A stretch of DNA of 41,822 nucleotides from a virus: UHGV virus genome UHGV-0104471. One strand, written 5' to 3'. The notes beneath the pieces are model-generated. The model saw nothing but the letters and a program-made list of their open reading frames with translations. It was not told where the DNA came from and searched no databases. Each line of letters opens with the position of its first letter. The stretch's first letter is position 1. Below are positions 1-8,698 of the stretch, one piece after another. Both the position numbers and the translations under genes were made by a program.

Positions 1-14
1 CGGGTAATGTTAAC

Positions 15-1019
15 TTAAGATACAACCCCTGTCTGGAAATAAGGGGGCAAGAACAGCTGGATCTGCTGCCCTATCTGTGAGGTATAACCCGTAAAAACTT
101 TTAATTTGATCCGGGCATAAACAGGTACATCACTGGAACGCGAGAACTTGATTACATGGGGATTGCCGTATTTATCCGGAACCATAACGGATGTTGTACC
201 GTGAGTGGCTGTCCCCTGACCTTTATTCCCTCTGATAGCCTGAGCAATATCCGTCACATCACCGCCATCCACAATTACAGCAACAGAGTGTGGTGGTAAC
301 CCGTTACCGTCCTCCGAACCAGTATCGTTTTCATAGAGTTTGTGGCGGGTTACACCGGTAACATTAGAAACAGCACCATCCAGTGCTTCAAATGGGGTTA
401 TTGATGGCAACGCAACACTTTGCGACTGACGGATACGTAACTCCGCGTCAGTTTCTGCCGGAGTGCCCACAGTAGCCGCAGCAGGATTAGTTACCGAAAC
501 CCAGCCACGGGTTGGCGTATTAATTTCAGTGATAGTTCCAGCCAGCGCCGCCACTGCACCACTGACGGAACATGTTGCGGTCGCCATCACTGTACCATCC
601 ACGCCGACCACTACTGAAGCAGGCAAACGCCATATCACATTATTACTGTCTTTCACGCTGCCATTAATGATGGTTGTTCCGGCAGTTCCTGTAAGAAGCA
701 AATCAACCGTAGAGTTCGTCGCGCCTTTACGTGAAATACCATTTATTTTCACGTTACTGGTCAGTGCAGCCCCATAGCCGGTTGCCGGTGAAAAACAGTT
801 GTAGACAGTTATCGCCATATTATTGGCATCATGAATCGCCAGCGCCATCAGAGCCACCATCTGGCCGTCTTTGCTGTCCGGTTCGAGGTAGGCATCACTG
901 CCATAAATCTGCTGAAAATAGCTAATCAGGGTGCTGAGTATCGTCTGATAATCAGGCGCACTGATCCCCTCCGCGGTTACCTTTGCAGATAAACCGAGAG
1001 AATCAAGGTTCAGAGCCAT
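15..1019 (-). CDS. baseplate wedge protein (gpJ / Baseplate_J-like), 334 aa
   Basis: Track ORF; in-frame stop at 15-17 so it is complete inside the window; last gene of a hub/spike/gp25-like/J-like baseplate series; start overlaps upstream stop. Confidence 0.5.
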   Translation of the reverse strand: MALNLDSLGLSAKVTAEGISAPDYQTILSTLISYFQQIYGSDAYLEPDSKDGQMVALMALAIHDANNMAITVYNCFSPATGYGAALTSNVKINGISRKGATNSTVDLLLTGTAGTTIINGSVKDSNNVIWRLPASVVVGVDGTVMATATCSVSGAVAALAGTITEINTPTRGWVSVTNPAAATVGTPAETDAELRIRQSQSVALPSITPFEALDGAVSNVTGVTRHKLYENDTGSEDGNGLPPHSVAVIVDGGDVTDIAQAIRGNKGQGTATHGTTSVMVPDKYGNPHVIKFSRSSDVPVYARIKLKVFTGYTSQIGQQIQLFLPPYFQTGVVS

Positions 1020-1372
1020 TACGCCTCCGATGTAACAGTCGTTATTCCATAAAGAGTGTCGATTTCAGCGGAAAACATGACACGTCGGGTCGTGGTATCC
1101 ACCGTCGTATTGAAAGAGAGGATTGATTTAACGCCCCGCGTTTCGAGGATGCGCTTACGGATCGCCAGGTTGTAGGTTTCCGGCTTCTGCTTACCGAGTA
1201 CGGACTGGATCCACGGAGTCCCCTCGGTGGTGTCGAGAAACCATTGCCCATACCACAATTCGAATCGCGTTTTTACCGCCTGCGCCACGGCCTCCGGTGA
1301 GTTAATCAGCCAGGTATCATCGCCGCTGCCAAAGGTGTAATCACAGTCGGCGTCTTCGCGTCTGTATCGCAT
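1019..1372 (-). CDS. small baseplate protein (gpW / gp25-like), 117 aa
   Basis: Track ORF; size and position between spike-like and J-like genes; overlapping start/stop coupling at both ends. Confidence 0.45.
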   Translation of the reverse strand: MRYRREDADCDYTFGSGDDTWLINSPEAVAQAVKTRFELWYGQWFLDTTEGTPWIQSVLGKQKPETYNLAIRKRILETRGVKSILSFNTTVDTTTRRVMFSAEIDTLYGITTVTSEA

Positions 1373-2124
1373 CAGTTCACCCCGTCTGTGTTGCTTCCGC
1401 CTCGCTGAACCCCGCCGTGCGTGTGCGTATCATCAATTGACTTGCCGTTAGCCTTAACGCTCCCCAAGAACTCAACAGCACCAGTGATTTTTGAAGCCAC
1501 ACCAGAAACAACAGACCCCACCATGCCCCCCATCCAGGTTAACAGGCCATGAATGGTTACTTTCTCAGAAAAATCAGCCAGAGGGGCAACCACATCAAGA
1601 CCACCCGGAGCGACAATTTTAATTTTCCTGGTGTCAGGATTAAGCTCAAAATAGGTGCTGCCGTCGTCACTACGCAACTGTGTGGCACTGGTATTAATAC
1701 CGCTAATCTTCCTCGCCTGCGACTGGGGACCGACAATACAAAACGCATCCGATAAATCATGCATTCTGTCATCGACCGGCTCCTGTATCCCGCCACTCTG
1801 CCACCAGAAATCAATACAACGATCGGCAAAAACGACAAGACACTCATCCCCGGCTTTTACCGGAAAAGTCAACGTGCAGCCTCCGCCGCGCGGGAATACC
1901 ACTGGCACATCCACCAGCAGGGGTAATGTCGTCGACTGGTTGATTCCATTTGAGTCCGGCTCATAGCCTTTAATCGCAGGTTGAACAACTACCGTTACCG
2001 TGTCCGGATCAAATGACTGGACAATTCCGGGCAGAGAAACACGCAGTGCCGACATGACAGAACCAGCAAGTCTTACATCGGCCTGTTCTTTGCTACCAAG
2101 TTGAGCGCTTAAAGAAACGGGCAT
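1372..2124 (-). CDS. baseplate spike / assembly protein V-like, 250 aa
   Basis: Track ORF; Gly-rich C-terminus (HTHGGVQRGGSNTDG) typical of spike proteins; SD GGAGA 7 nt upstream of ATG at 2124. Confidence 0.45.
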   Translation of the reverse strand: MPVSLSAQLGSKEQADVRLAGSVMSALRVSLPGIVQSFDPDTVTVVVQPAIKGYEPDSNGINQSTTLPLLVDVPVVFPRGGGCTLTFPVKAGDECLVVFADRCIDFWWQSGGIQEPVDDRMHDLSDAFCIVGPQSQARKISGINTSATQLRSDDGSTYFELNPDTRKIKIVAPGGLDVVAPLADFSEKVTIHGLLTWMGGMVGSVVSGVASKITGAVEFLGSVKANGKSIDDTHTHGGVQRGGSNTDGVN

Positions 2125-2143
2125 TCATATGTCTCCAGAAAGT

Positions 2144-2171
2144 AAAAAACCCAGCCAAAGCTGGGTTTTTT
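2144..2171. terminator. bidirectional Rho-independent terminator (A6-stem-loop-T6)
   Basis: aaaaaaCCCAGCcaaaGCTGGGtttttt between ant stop (2185) and spike gene start (2124). Confidence 0.6.
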
Positions 2172-2184
2172 AAGTTGTCAATTG

Positions 2185-3099
2185 TCAGTAACGATGCAGT
2201 GAAGGCGGCAACTCTTTGTTCTTAAGTCTTACCCATGCGGAAAGATTCGTTGGTCCGTCTGGCTCATTGATATCAACATCTCGTGTGTGGTTGATTAAAA
2301 CGTCTCTCGCCATTCCGATAACATACGAAAACTCATGACCGTAGTCGTAGCATCTTCCGGAATAGTTCGATTGAATTTGTTTTAATGCCGGATACAGTTC
2401 GCGGAATAATGCCTGTGATCGGTTAGCATAATCCCACAACCATACAAGGCTGTTTGCTTCTTTTGCAGAAAGCTCGTTGGTGCTCTTCTCTTGTTTGCCA
2501 ATGAACTCACCTTCAAGTGGAACTCGAGCTGCAAGTGACAGTGCTTCGGTAAACTGCTCCTCACTGATTTCTTTGTACGAACAGCCAAAATGAGATTTCA
2601 GTGACGACCACATGGTGATCATCGCCTTCGCCTGTTTTTCTTTTGGCAGAGACTGACCGCGACTCATGACGAGTTGTTTAATAGCTTCCTGCTGTTCAGT
2701 GGTGATTTTACCCGGCAACGCCTTTTTAGCTTTCGGTGTATTTCCGTAAGACCCCGTTTTACGAATGGATGGCAAAACTTCAGCTGTCACCCATTTGCGG
2801 AATTTGTGCGGGACTGAACCTTTATTGACGGCATCACGGCAGCGCAGAACCAATGTATACATACCTGATTCGCTCACAATGCTTAAATTCTGCTCACCAC
2901 CAAGGGTGTAACTTAAAGTTACTCCCTTCTCATCGTCATCAAGTGCAGTAAGCGCCTTGCGTGAGTTAGTCAGAGTTAAAGCATCACAAACATCTTTTGC
3001 TACAAACCACGGCTCACCGCACCTGTTGATGACGCGGATTTCACTGTCGCCGAATTTGAAGATGGTGAAATCGTTTTGTGCCTTTGCTATACTTTTCAT
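2185..3099 (-). CDS. ant: antirepressor Ant (Bro-N domain protein), 304 aa
   Basis: N-terminus [32 protein letters not shown] matches Bro-N/antirepressor signature; lies downstream of an arc-like gene and divergent from an mnt-like gene, as in P22 immI. Confidence 0.7.
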   Translation of the reverse strand: MKSIAKAQNDFTIFKFGDSEIRVINRCGEPWFVAKDVCDALTLTNSRKALTALDDDEKGVTLSYTLGGEQNLSIVSESGMYTLVLRCRDAVNKGSVPHKFRKWVTAEVLPSIRKTGSYGNTPKAKKALPGKITTEQQEAIKQLVMSRGQSLPKEKQAKAMITMWSSLKSHFGCSYKEISEEQFTEALSLAARVPLEGEFIGKQEKSTNELSAKEANSLVWLWDYANRSQALFRELYPALKQIQSNYSGRCYDYGHEFSYVIGMARDVLINHTRDVDINEPDGPTNLSAWVRLKNKELPPSLHRY

Positions 3100-3170
3100 G
3101 TCAATATTTCCCGATCAGATTTGTTGATGTAGAAGCCTCGCCAGTTCCCGCTGTCGGGGCTTCGTTATTT

Positions 3171-3332
3171 TTAGAGAGCATTCCGCATTTTCTCCCGGTA
3201 CTTCAACCACCAAGCTAATCCTTGAACCAACACTGAGTTTTCTGACATTCCCTCTTCCTCTGCAATGCGCTTAACTTCTTCCTTAAAGCGGTACGGGTAG
3301 CGAAGAGTTGTCTTTACTTCATTCTTTTCCAT
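3171..3332 (-). CDS. arc: Arc-like ribbon-helix-helix repressor, 53 aa (below ORF-track size cutoff)
   Basis: Hand translation MEKNEVKTTLRYPYRFKEEVKRIAEEEGMSENSVLVQGLAWWLKYREKMRNAL; resembles P22 Arc (recalled ...LRWPREVLDLVRKVAEENGRSVNSEIYQRV...); SD AAGGAG 5 nt upstream of ATG at 3332. Confidence 0.6.
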   Translation of the reverse strand: MEKNEVKTTLRYPYRFKEEVKRIAEEEGMSENSVLVQGLAWWLKYREKMRNAL

Positions 3333-3354
3333 GCTGTCTCCTTATTTCACAATG

Positions 3355-3369
3355 AAGGCAAATTGCCTT
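3355..3369. promoter_or_regulatory. 15-bp perfect palindrome AAGGCAAaTTGCCTT, candidate operator in the arc/mnt divergent promoter region
   Basis: Seen in the 107-bp intergenic region between arc start (3332) and mnt start (3440); a partial second copy of the TTGCCT half-site lies near 3401-3412. Confidence 0.4.
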
Positions 3370-3439
3370 TAGAGTCAATTTACCATGATTGCACATGAAG
3401 TCAAGTTGCCTCTACAATGATTTTTATTTGAGGTGAGTT

Positions 3440-3763
3440 ATGTCAGAAAAATTTCCCAGCCAAATGCAAGACAAGTTCACCGTGAGGTTTCCTGACGGAT
3501 TGCGCGATGCTATAGCTGAACGAGCTAAACGTAATGGCAGATCAATGAACTCAGAGATTGTGCAGATACTGGAAGATGCCTTGAATGCAGAAAATACTCT
3601 TGGGGAAATAGCAGATAAAATTAACAGCGTCTCGGTTCCGCTAAATGTTGATGCGCTAGTTCAACTTCAAGCCCAAGTTATCGCCATGCAAAAAGAAATA
3701 CAGGAAAAGTTCAGAGAGCAGAACGAAAAGTTGAGAGAACTGCTAAACAAAAAACCCACCTGA
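3440..3763 (+). CDS. mnt: Mnt-like ribbon-helix-helix repressor, 107 aa
   Basis: N-terminus FTVRFPDGLRDAIAERAKRNGRSMNSEIVQILEDAL is an Arc/Mnt-family RHH motif; SD GAGGTGAG upstream; divergent from arc-ant. Confidence 0.65.
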   Translation: MSEKFPSQMQDKFTVRFPDGLRDAIAERAKRNGRSMNSEIVQILEDALNAENTLGEIADKINSVSVPLNVDALVQLQAQVIAMQKEIQEKFREQNEKLRELLNKKPT

Positions 3764-3770
3764 CGGTGGG
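3747..3770 (-). terminator. Rho-independent terminator for the - strand transcript
   Basis: CCCACCtgacGGTGGG stem-loop with T-run on the - strand (plus-strand a-run 3747-3754), 18 nt after the stop of the 3788-4123 gene; the mnt stop codon lies in the loop. Confidence 0.5.
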
Positions 3771-3787
3771 TTACGGAGAGGGCAAGA

Positions 3788-4123
3788 TCATTTAACCTTC
3801 CGGCAATCATACGTCCAGAACTCCCGAGGCTCGTCCATATTTTTGCGGATAACTTCAACGTTGAGGATCGCTTTTTTGTTTCGTTTGATGTAGTCCATAC
3901 CTAACCAACGTCCAGTATTAGGATCAGGTAACATCCATTGCATCATGACATTATCGAAATCGTCTTTTTGTTTCAAAAAGGTCATTTTTTGTGTTTCTGG
4001 CTTTTGACCATTGATGTGCATGAGGCCATCATTACCAGCATCAAAGCGGAATGGTCCGCACTGCGTTGCCGCCGAAACGGTTAACGGCAGGGCCAAGAAT
4101 AAACAAAAAAATACTTTTTTCAC
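3788..4123 (-). CDS. small secreted protein with signal peptide, 111 aa, unknown function
   Basis: N-terminus MKKVFFCLFLALPLTVSA|ATQC is a typical SPase I signal peptide; two Cys in the mature part (near N- and C-terminus); GTG start overlaps the hub gene stop (GTGA). Confidence 0.55.
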   Translation of the reverse strand: MKKVFFCLFLALPLTVSAATQCGPFRFDAGNDGLMHINGQKPETQKMTFLKQKDDFDNVMMQWMLPDPNTGRWLGMDYIKRNKKAILNVEVIRKNMDEPREFWTYDCRKVK

Positions 4124-5154
4124 TCTACATCTCCGACTTTGTCCAAAGTGCCTTTTGCCAATAGTTCTTTGCCACCTTTAGCCAGGCAAAGCAGGTCCAT
4201 ATACCACGCCTGCCCTCGGGTGTCGCCAGTATAATCAATGCTGCCCACAATGTAATCACCGTCAGTATTAATGCTGGCAGGCTGTGACATGCCTGGCAGA
4301 CCGTTAACGTAGAGATTACCGTCGCTTTCAGACTCATCCAGTCGTGCTGGCGATTTCGCTACCTGGTCATTACTCAAAGAGGCACGGTATACAGATGCCT
4401 GATCCAGACGAATAAGCCCACCGAGCTTAATATTTGGATTAATCAGACATCTGACATTTACGCCAGCTCCCATCGTCTGCTGTGGCATACCGATAAGCCC
4501 GGTGTTAGCATTCAACACCGTAGCAACACCAATATATTTATCTTCAGGAACAATATTTACCAGATTATTTTCATACCACCAGTTAGCTTTACACTGCCCT
4601 GCGATATGATTCATCAACCTTGATGTGTTTTGATAAACAACGCGACCCCGGGGAAATACCGTTTCGGGCATGTCAGGAACTGCGCCGGATTCGATGCCAT
4701 ATGGTTCGAATGATTTCATACCCAGACTGAAAAGATCGCTGTACTTCCAGCCAGCAGCCACTGTGGTTTTCACACTTGCGTTCAGGTGACCTTCCCAGCT
4801 GTCAATACACTGCAACATGATCCAACTGTCTGTGGCATTATCTTTACCAGTGACAGTAAAACGGATATCTCCATTGAATATCATGCCAACGTTTTCATCA
4901 GGATAATTACCCGCTGCATCCGGTTGCCCCTTGTATCCGGCAATAACCTGTATACGCGAAAACTCCTTCTGCATAATCCGGTTCTGAGTGGTAGGAGACA
5001 GGTTATAAACCTTAAAATTCCCAACGAATCCATTAAATATGGTCGCAGGCATTTTCTGAATATTGAAAGTGACTTTAAGCTCAGAAATTTTTATCCCGTC
5101 GCCCTTATCATCAACAAGCAATAATTCAAAGTGACGCATCCAGTTTTTCGACAT
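4120..5154 (-). CDS. baseplate hub protein (gpD / late-control-D-like), 344 aa
   Basis: Track ORF; size and position after tape measure and two small tail genes; call is by synteny. Confidence 0.45.
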   Translation of the reverse strand: MSKNWMRHFELLLVDDKGDGIKISELKVTFNIQKMPATIFNGFVGNFKVYNLSPTTQNRIMQKEFSRIQVIAGYKGQPDAAGNYPDENVGMIFNGDIRFTVTGKDNATDSWIMLQCIDSWEGHLNASVKTTVAAGWKYSDLFSLGMKSFEPYGIESGAVPDMPETVFPRGRVVYQNTSRLMNHIAGQCKANWWYENNLVNIVPEDKYIGVATVLNANTGLIGMPQQTMGAGVNVRCLINPNIKLGGLIRLDQASVYRASLSNDQVAKSPARLDESESDGNLYVNGLPGMSQPASINTDGDYIVGSIDYTGDTRGQAWYMDLLCLAKGGKELLAKGTLDKVGDVE

Positions 5155-5156
5155 TG

Positions 5157-5459
5157 TTACTCCGTGAAAACATAGAGGTGTGAGAGCGTTCCAAGATCGA
5201 ATTGCGTCGGGTTTTCCTGCCCTGCCACGTCGCAGAGTACCACCAGCGAAAACCCGAGATTCATATATCGATACTGCGCCAACAGGTCAGCACCCGTAAT
5301 CATCGGAATGCCTGAGATAATGGCGGAACCATTGCTGTCAGCAAGATCCAGAACCCAGTACTCTCCGCGCCAGATGACAGACAGTTGATAAACCGTACCG
5401 TTAATTGTGGTGGCAAAAGTCTGATTGTCAGCAACCAGTGGGATTTCTACGGCCTCCAT
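5157..5459 (-). CDS. hypothetical tail/baseplate protein, 100 aa
   Basis: Track ORF packed between a tail protein gene and the hub gene. Confidence 0.45.
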   Translation of the reverse strand: MEAVEIPLVADNQTFATTINGTVYQLSVIWRGEYWVLDLADSNGSAIISGIPMITGADLLAQYRYMNLGFSLVVLCDVAGQENPTQFDLGTLSHLYVFTE

Positions 5460-5462
5460 GAA

Positions 5463-6113
5463 TCACCTTCCCAGAAATAAATTGCTCAGATACCCATCAA
5501 CAGTGGTGACACCTTTTTGCGCTATCTGTGGCAGCGATTTCAGAATGGAATTATTCGGCGGCACCGTTGTTTTGGTGCCTGTATTCTGCACAGCAGACGT
5601 TCCGACTCCCTCGGTCATATTGTTTTTCGTGGCTACCCTGACTGACTGCGTGGAGGTAATAATTACTTCCCTGAGGGTAAGTGTCGCCAGAAGCACATTT
5701 TCACTACTCTTATCGGTCGTGACCTCCAGCGTTTTTATCAACATATTGTTGTAAATACGCTTGCCGGTTGTCACATCGAAAGGAATACGATTCCGCTGCA
5801 GGTTAAGCAGTTCCTGATACAGTTCTTTCGGGCTCAGCCCCAGTAAACTGGTAGCCGTCAGGTTACTGGCAAAATCAAGCAGCGATCCGCCTCCGGAAAA
5901 ACCGGTTTCCATCACAACCTCAGAAGGGCGCCTGAATGCGTGTTCTGATATGTAACCAGCGCCCTCACCACTGGCGCCAGCATTCGTGGGCTGTTCAACC
6001 GGATGTTCCGTAATTTCCAGGGCGTCAGTGTGCTTTTCGGTAATAACCACATCAGGAATAATGATTCCTATTGAGCGGGTTCGCTGCTGCAGTAAAACAG
6101 ATAAAAAGTCCAT
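5463..6113 (-). CDS. tail protein, 216 aa, immediately downstream of tape measure
   Basis: Track ORF; start overlaps the tape measure stop; function by synteny only. Confidence 0.4.
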   Translation of the reverse strand: MDFLSVLLQQRTRSIGIIIPDVVITEKHTDALEITEHPVEQPTNAGASGEGAGYISEHAFRRPSEVVMETGFSGGGSLLDFASNLTATSLLGLSPKELYQELLNLQRNRIPFDVTTGKRIYNNMLIKTLEVTTDKSSENVLLATLTLREVIITSTQSVRVATKNNMTEGVGTSAVQNTGTKTTVPPNNSILKSLPQIAQKGVTTVDGYLSNLFLGR

Positions 6114-8065
6114 TACGCAGGTCCTTTCAATTGCTGTACCGCCCTGGCATTTACAGCCCCCTGCTTGTCAGCGATCAGATTAGCCGCCTCCTGAGGGTTG
6201 TTAACTCCATGAACATTTATAACAGTCTGCTGGTTAAGGCTGCCAGCGGCGGCCTGATACGCCAGCGGGCTGTTCCAGTTTGAATAACCTTCTTTGCGCG
6301 CCATCGACTGCATCAATGCTCCCATAGTACGGGGATCTGTAAGATTCAATATTGCATTCGGTGATACTCCCATCCATTTCGCAACATCCTGTGCATACTT
6401 TTTCGGATCGTTGTTATCACCTGCCGGGGCCCAGGTACTGACAATATCCTGAATAGTCTGTAATGCCCGTCCGGTTGTTTTCCCGGTAAAGTAACGCATG
6501 AGCTGGTTTTTCATCGCCTCCCAGCCCTCAAGAGCTGATTCGAAAAACCGGAACCCTTTACCGCTCACCGGGCGAATATTCCCTGGATTGTTATTCCGAT
6601 CGGCTAAAGTACGCTTCGTAGCCTGTGCATGTTGTTCCGGCTCAGCACCTGGAATATCTGACTGAATATTTGCGCCTTTTACGGTATGAGGATTACGACC
6701 AAAATCGGTATCAATGCCAAGCCAGCGCAATGAATCTCCAATATTTTGTTTCGTGTAATCCCAGGATGACTTCGCACTGGTACCAATATTTTCGCGATCG
6801 GAGTACAAATAAGCAGCATAAGCCATCCAGCCTTTTAACCATGGCGGTACCGGCAAACCAGATATTTTCCCGAAAGCCCCCAGGACCTTGGATACCCAGA
6901 CACCCGCGATGAATGTACCGAGGATTTCCAATGATTTTTGCCAGCCGCCAACACCATCTTTTAGTTCCAGAAGGTGATCACGAAGCCAGGTGATCGCATC
7001 CTTCGCTTTATCTATTGCCGGTTGCCATTTTTCCCAGTCGATAAGACTGTTACCGCCTTCTTTCCATGTTTTGTAGTCTTCCCACAAGAGACTGAGAGCC
7101 ACGATCAGACCGGTAATCAGCCCTATAGGTGACATCCAGAAAGTAGAGTTAAGTATCCGCATGGCGACAACCAGACCGCCGATAACCTCTATCAGGGTTT
7201 TCGTTTCGGCATCCAGTTTTCCCCACCACTCGATGATATCTCCGACACCATCGACTATCCGAAATGCAACCCGCCCGACTATCTCACCCAGCCAGAGGAT
7301 CCCCTTTATGACCTTTGTGATGGTGACTTCAATTTTGGGAAAATTTTCAATTATCTTTTTGCGCAGGTTATCAATCTGCCCCGCCAGTCCGTCCGCAAGA
7401 TTCGATCCGATTTTGTCCCGCGCCATCCCGGCCATTTCACCGAGCGATTTCAGCGAGGTCATAAACCGGTTTGACGATAAGGCAGCCTGATCGGCATTAA
7501 ATCCGATAGCTTTCGCCATTGCGCTGTACTGCCCGGAGAACCCCCCCACACCCCGGCGCATCGCCATAAGGGTATTTTCGTCAATGCCCAGCATCTGCGC
7601 ATACTGGTTAGCCCGGTAATACGGCATGCTGCTGAGCTTCTGGCCGACGCCCGTAAAGATAGCGGCCATGTCGCGCATGTTACCGCTGGCGTCACGGGTC
7701 TGTACCCCCAGACGATTCAGAAATCCCTCCGCCCCGGGATTATTACGAATAAACCGGGAGAGGTTTTCCAGAGAAGATCGCGCAGCGTCCACGCTGCCGC
7801 CAACCTGCGAAACCGCATAGCCAATAGACTGAATCCCCTGAACCGTCGCGCCGGTGCGCTGTGACGCCCAGTAGAGATTATCCAGACCGGAGGCGATCTT
7901 AGCCGTGAAGGCCACCACGGACAGCGCAGCTCCTTCAACAGCCAGCCCCATTTTGATGACATTTGCAGTTGTACCGGCGAGGACAGAACCGAACTTTTTC
8001 GCTCCTGCATCATCCACACTGAAGCCAAGCGAGACGAGGAAATCTTTAATAGTTTCAGCGTTCAT
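6113..8065 (-). CDS. tail tape measure protein
   Basis: Long ORF with hydrophobic central segments; follows the chaperone/frameshift pair; track start is TTG at 8086, preferred start is ATG at 8065 (MNAETIKDF...) with SD GGAGAGAGGA. Confidence 0.7.
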   Translation of the reverse strand: MNAETIKDFLVSLGFSVDDAGAKKFGSVLAGTTANVIKMGLAVEGAALSVVAFTAKIASGLDNLYWASQRTGATVQGIQSIGYAVSQVGGSVDAARSSLENLSRFIRNNPGAEGFLNRLGVQTRDASGNMRDMAAIFTGVGQKLSSMPYYRANQYAQMLGIDENTLMAMRRGVGGFSGQYSAMAKAIGFNADQAALSSNRFMTSLKSLGEMAGMARDKIGSNLADGLAGQIDNLRKKIIENFPKIEVTITKVIKGILWLGEIVGRVAFRIVDGVGDIIEWWGKLDAETKTLIEVIGGLVVAMRILNSTFWMSPIGLITGLIVALSLLWEDYKTWKEGGNSLIDWEKWQPAIDKAKDAITWLRDHLLELKDGVGGWQKSLEILGTFIAGVWVSKVLGAFGKISGLPVPPWLKGWMAYAAYLYSDRENIGTSAKSSWDYTKQNIGDSLRWLGIDTDFGRNPHTVKGANIQSDIPGAEPEQHAQATKRTLADRNNNPGNIRPVSGKGFRFFESALEGWEAMKNQLMRYFTGKTTGRALQTIQDIVSTWAPAGDNNDPKKYAQDVAKWMGVSPNAILNLTDPRTMGALMQSMARKEGYSNWNSPLAYQAAAGSLNQQTVINVHGVNNPQEAANLIADKQGAVNARAVQQLKGPA

Positions 8066-8242
8066 TATCCTCTCTCCATTTCTCAATGCGCCGCTGGTTA
8101 TCCGCTTTTACCGCCAGATGGTCATTCAAGAGAGCAATGTCGTACAAATCGACAGAGCCATCTTTAAGTGCTGTATAAGGAATTAACCCGGCGTCAACCG
8201 GATTGAGAAGGTAAGACAGCCCGTCCGGCAGGCTGTTAAACG

Positions 8243-8695
8243 TCAGCCCTGTTGCAGGCTCTGCGTCGTGCTGGTAAGGGGTGTAGGCAAAAAATTTCCC
8301 AGCGAATCGGCGACCACCCGCGCCACCAGATGCAGCATGACCAGCAAGTCAATATCATCAAACATCAGTTCGCCCTGGGTAAATACCGGAACCCATCCGT
8401 CCATATGACGCCGCGATACCACCGCAAGACAGGGATGAATAATCGCACTGGTGTCATCTTCGGTCAGGGAAGACAGTTCCTCAGCGATACGCGGGAGCAT
8501 GGTTTCAAACACCGGTTTTAACTGCTCGAATTTCACGGTGTCGATTTTGCCATCAGCAGGCAAACGGGAGCGAATGCTCCCGAAATCTGACATCATTCCT
8601 GCCAGCACCGGCAGAAGTTTGCGGGTCACTTTCAGCTGATCAAAAACGCTGAGTTTTGCCGCGCGATATTTCACGCCTTTGATTTCGAATTCCAT
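8243..8695 (-). CDS. tail assembly chaperone, 150 aa
   Basis: Small ORF between tail tube and tape measure genes; a -1 frame stays open from a slippery site near its 3' end to the tape measure start. Confidence 0.55.
   Translation of the reverse strand: MEFEIKGVKYRAAKLSVFDQLKVTRKLLPVLAGMMSDFGSIRSRLPADGKIDTVKFEQLKPVFETMLPRIAEELSSLTEDDTSAIIHPCLAVVSRRHMDGWVPVFTQGELMFDDIDLLVMLHLVARVVADSLGNFLPTPLTSTTQSLQQG
8291..8297 (-). other. candidate -1 programmed ribosomal frameshift site, slippery heptamer A_AAU_UUU
   Basis: Zero-frame codons GGA AAT TTT; the -1 frame continues 78 codons with no stop through the 156-nt gap to a TGA at 8055-8057 overlapping the tape measure start. Confidence 0.45.
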
Positions 8696-8698
8696 GTA

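Noticed and set aside
463-925. Plus-strand ORFs 463-777 and 731-925 within the baseplate J-like gene, and many similar opposite-strand ORFs throughout 1-28500
   Set aside because: They are embedded in longer, tightly coupled - strand genes and have Pro/Arg/Ser-rich translations typical of shadow frames
15-1019. Baseplate J-like gene possibly truncated by the window edge
   Set aside because: An in-frame stop codon (tta on the + strand at 15-17) lies inside the window, so the ORF is complete; only the genes further downstream (tail fibre side) are missing
3440-3763. Identical SD-start contexts (tttgaggtgagNtatg) at the mnt-like gene and at 32481 as evidence of a shared mobile cassette
   Set aside because: The shared sequence is essentially a consensus Shine-Dalgarno (GAGGTGA) plus start codon; similarity does not extend into the flanks
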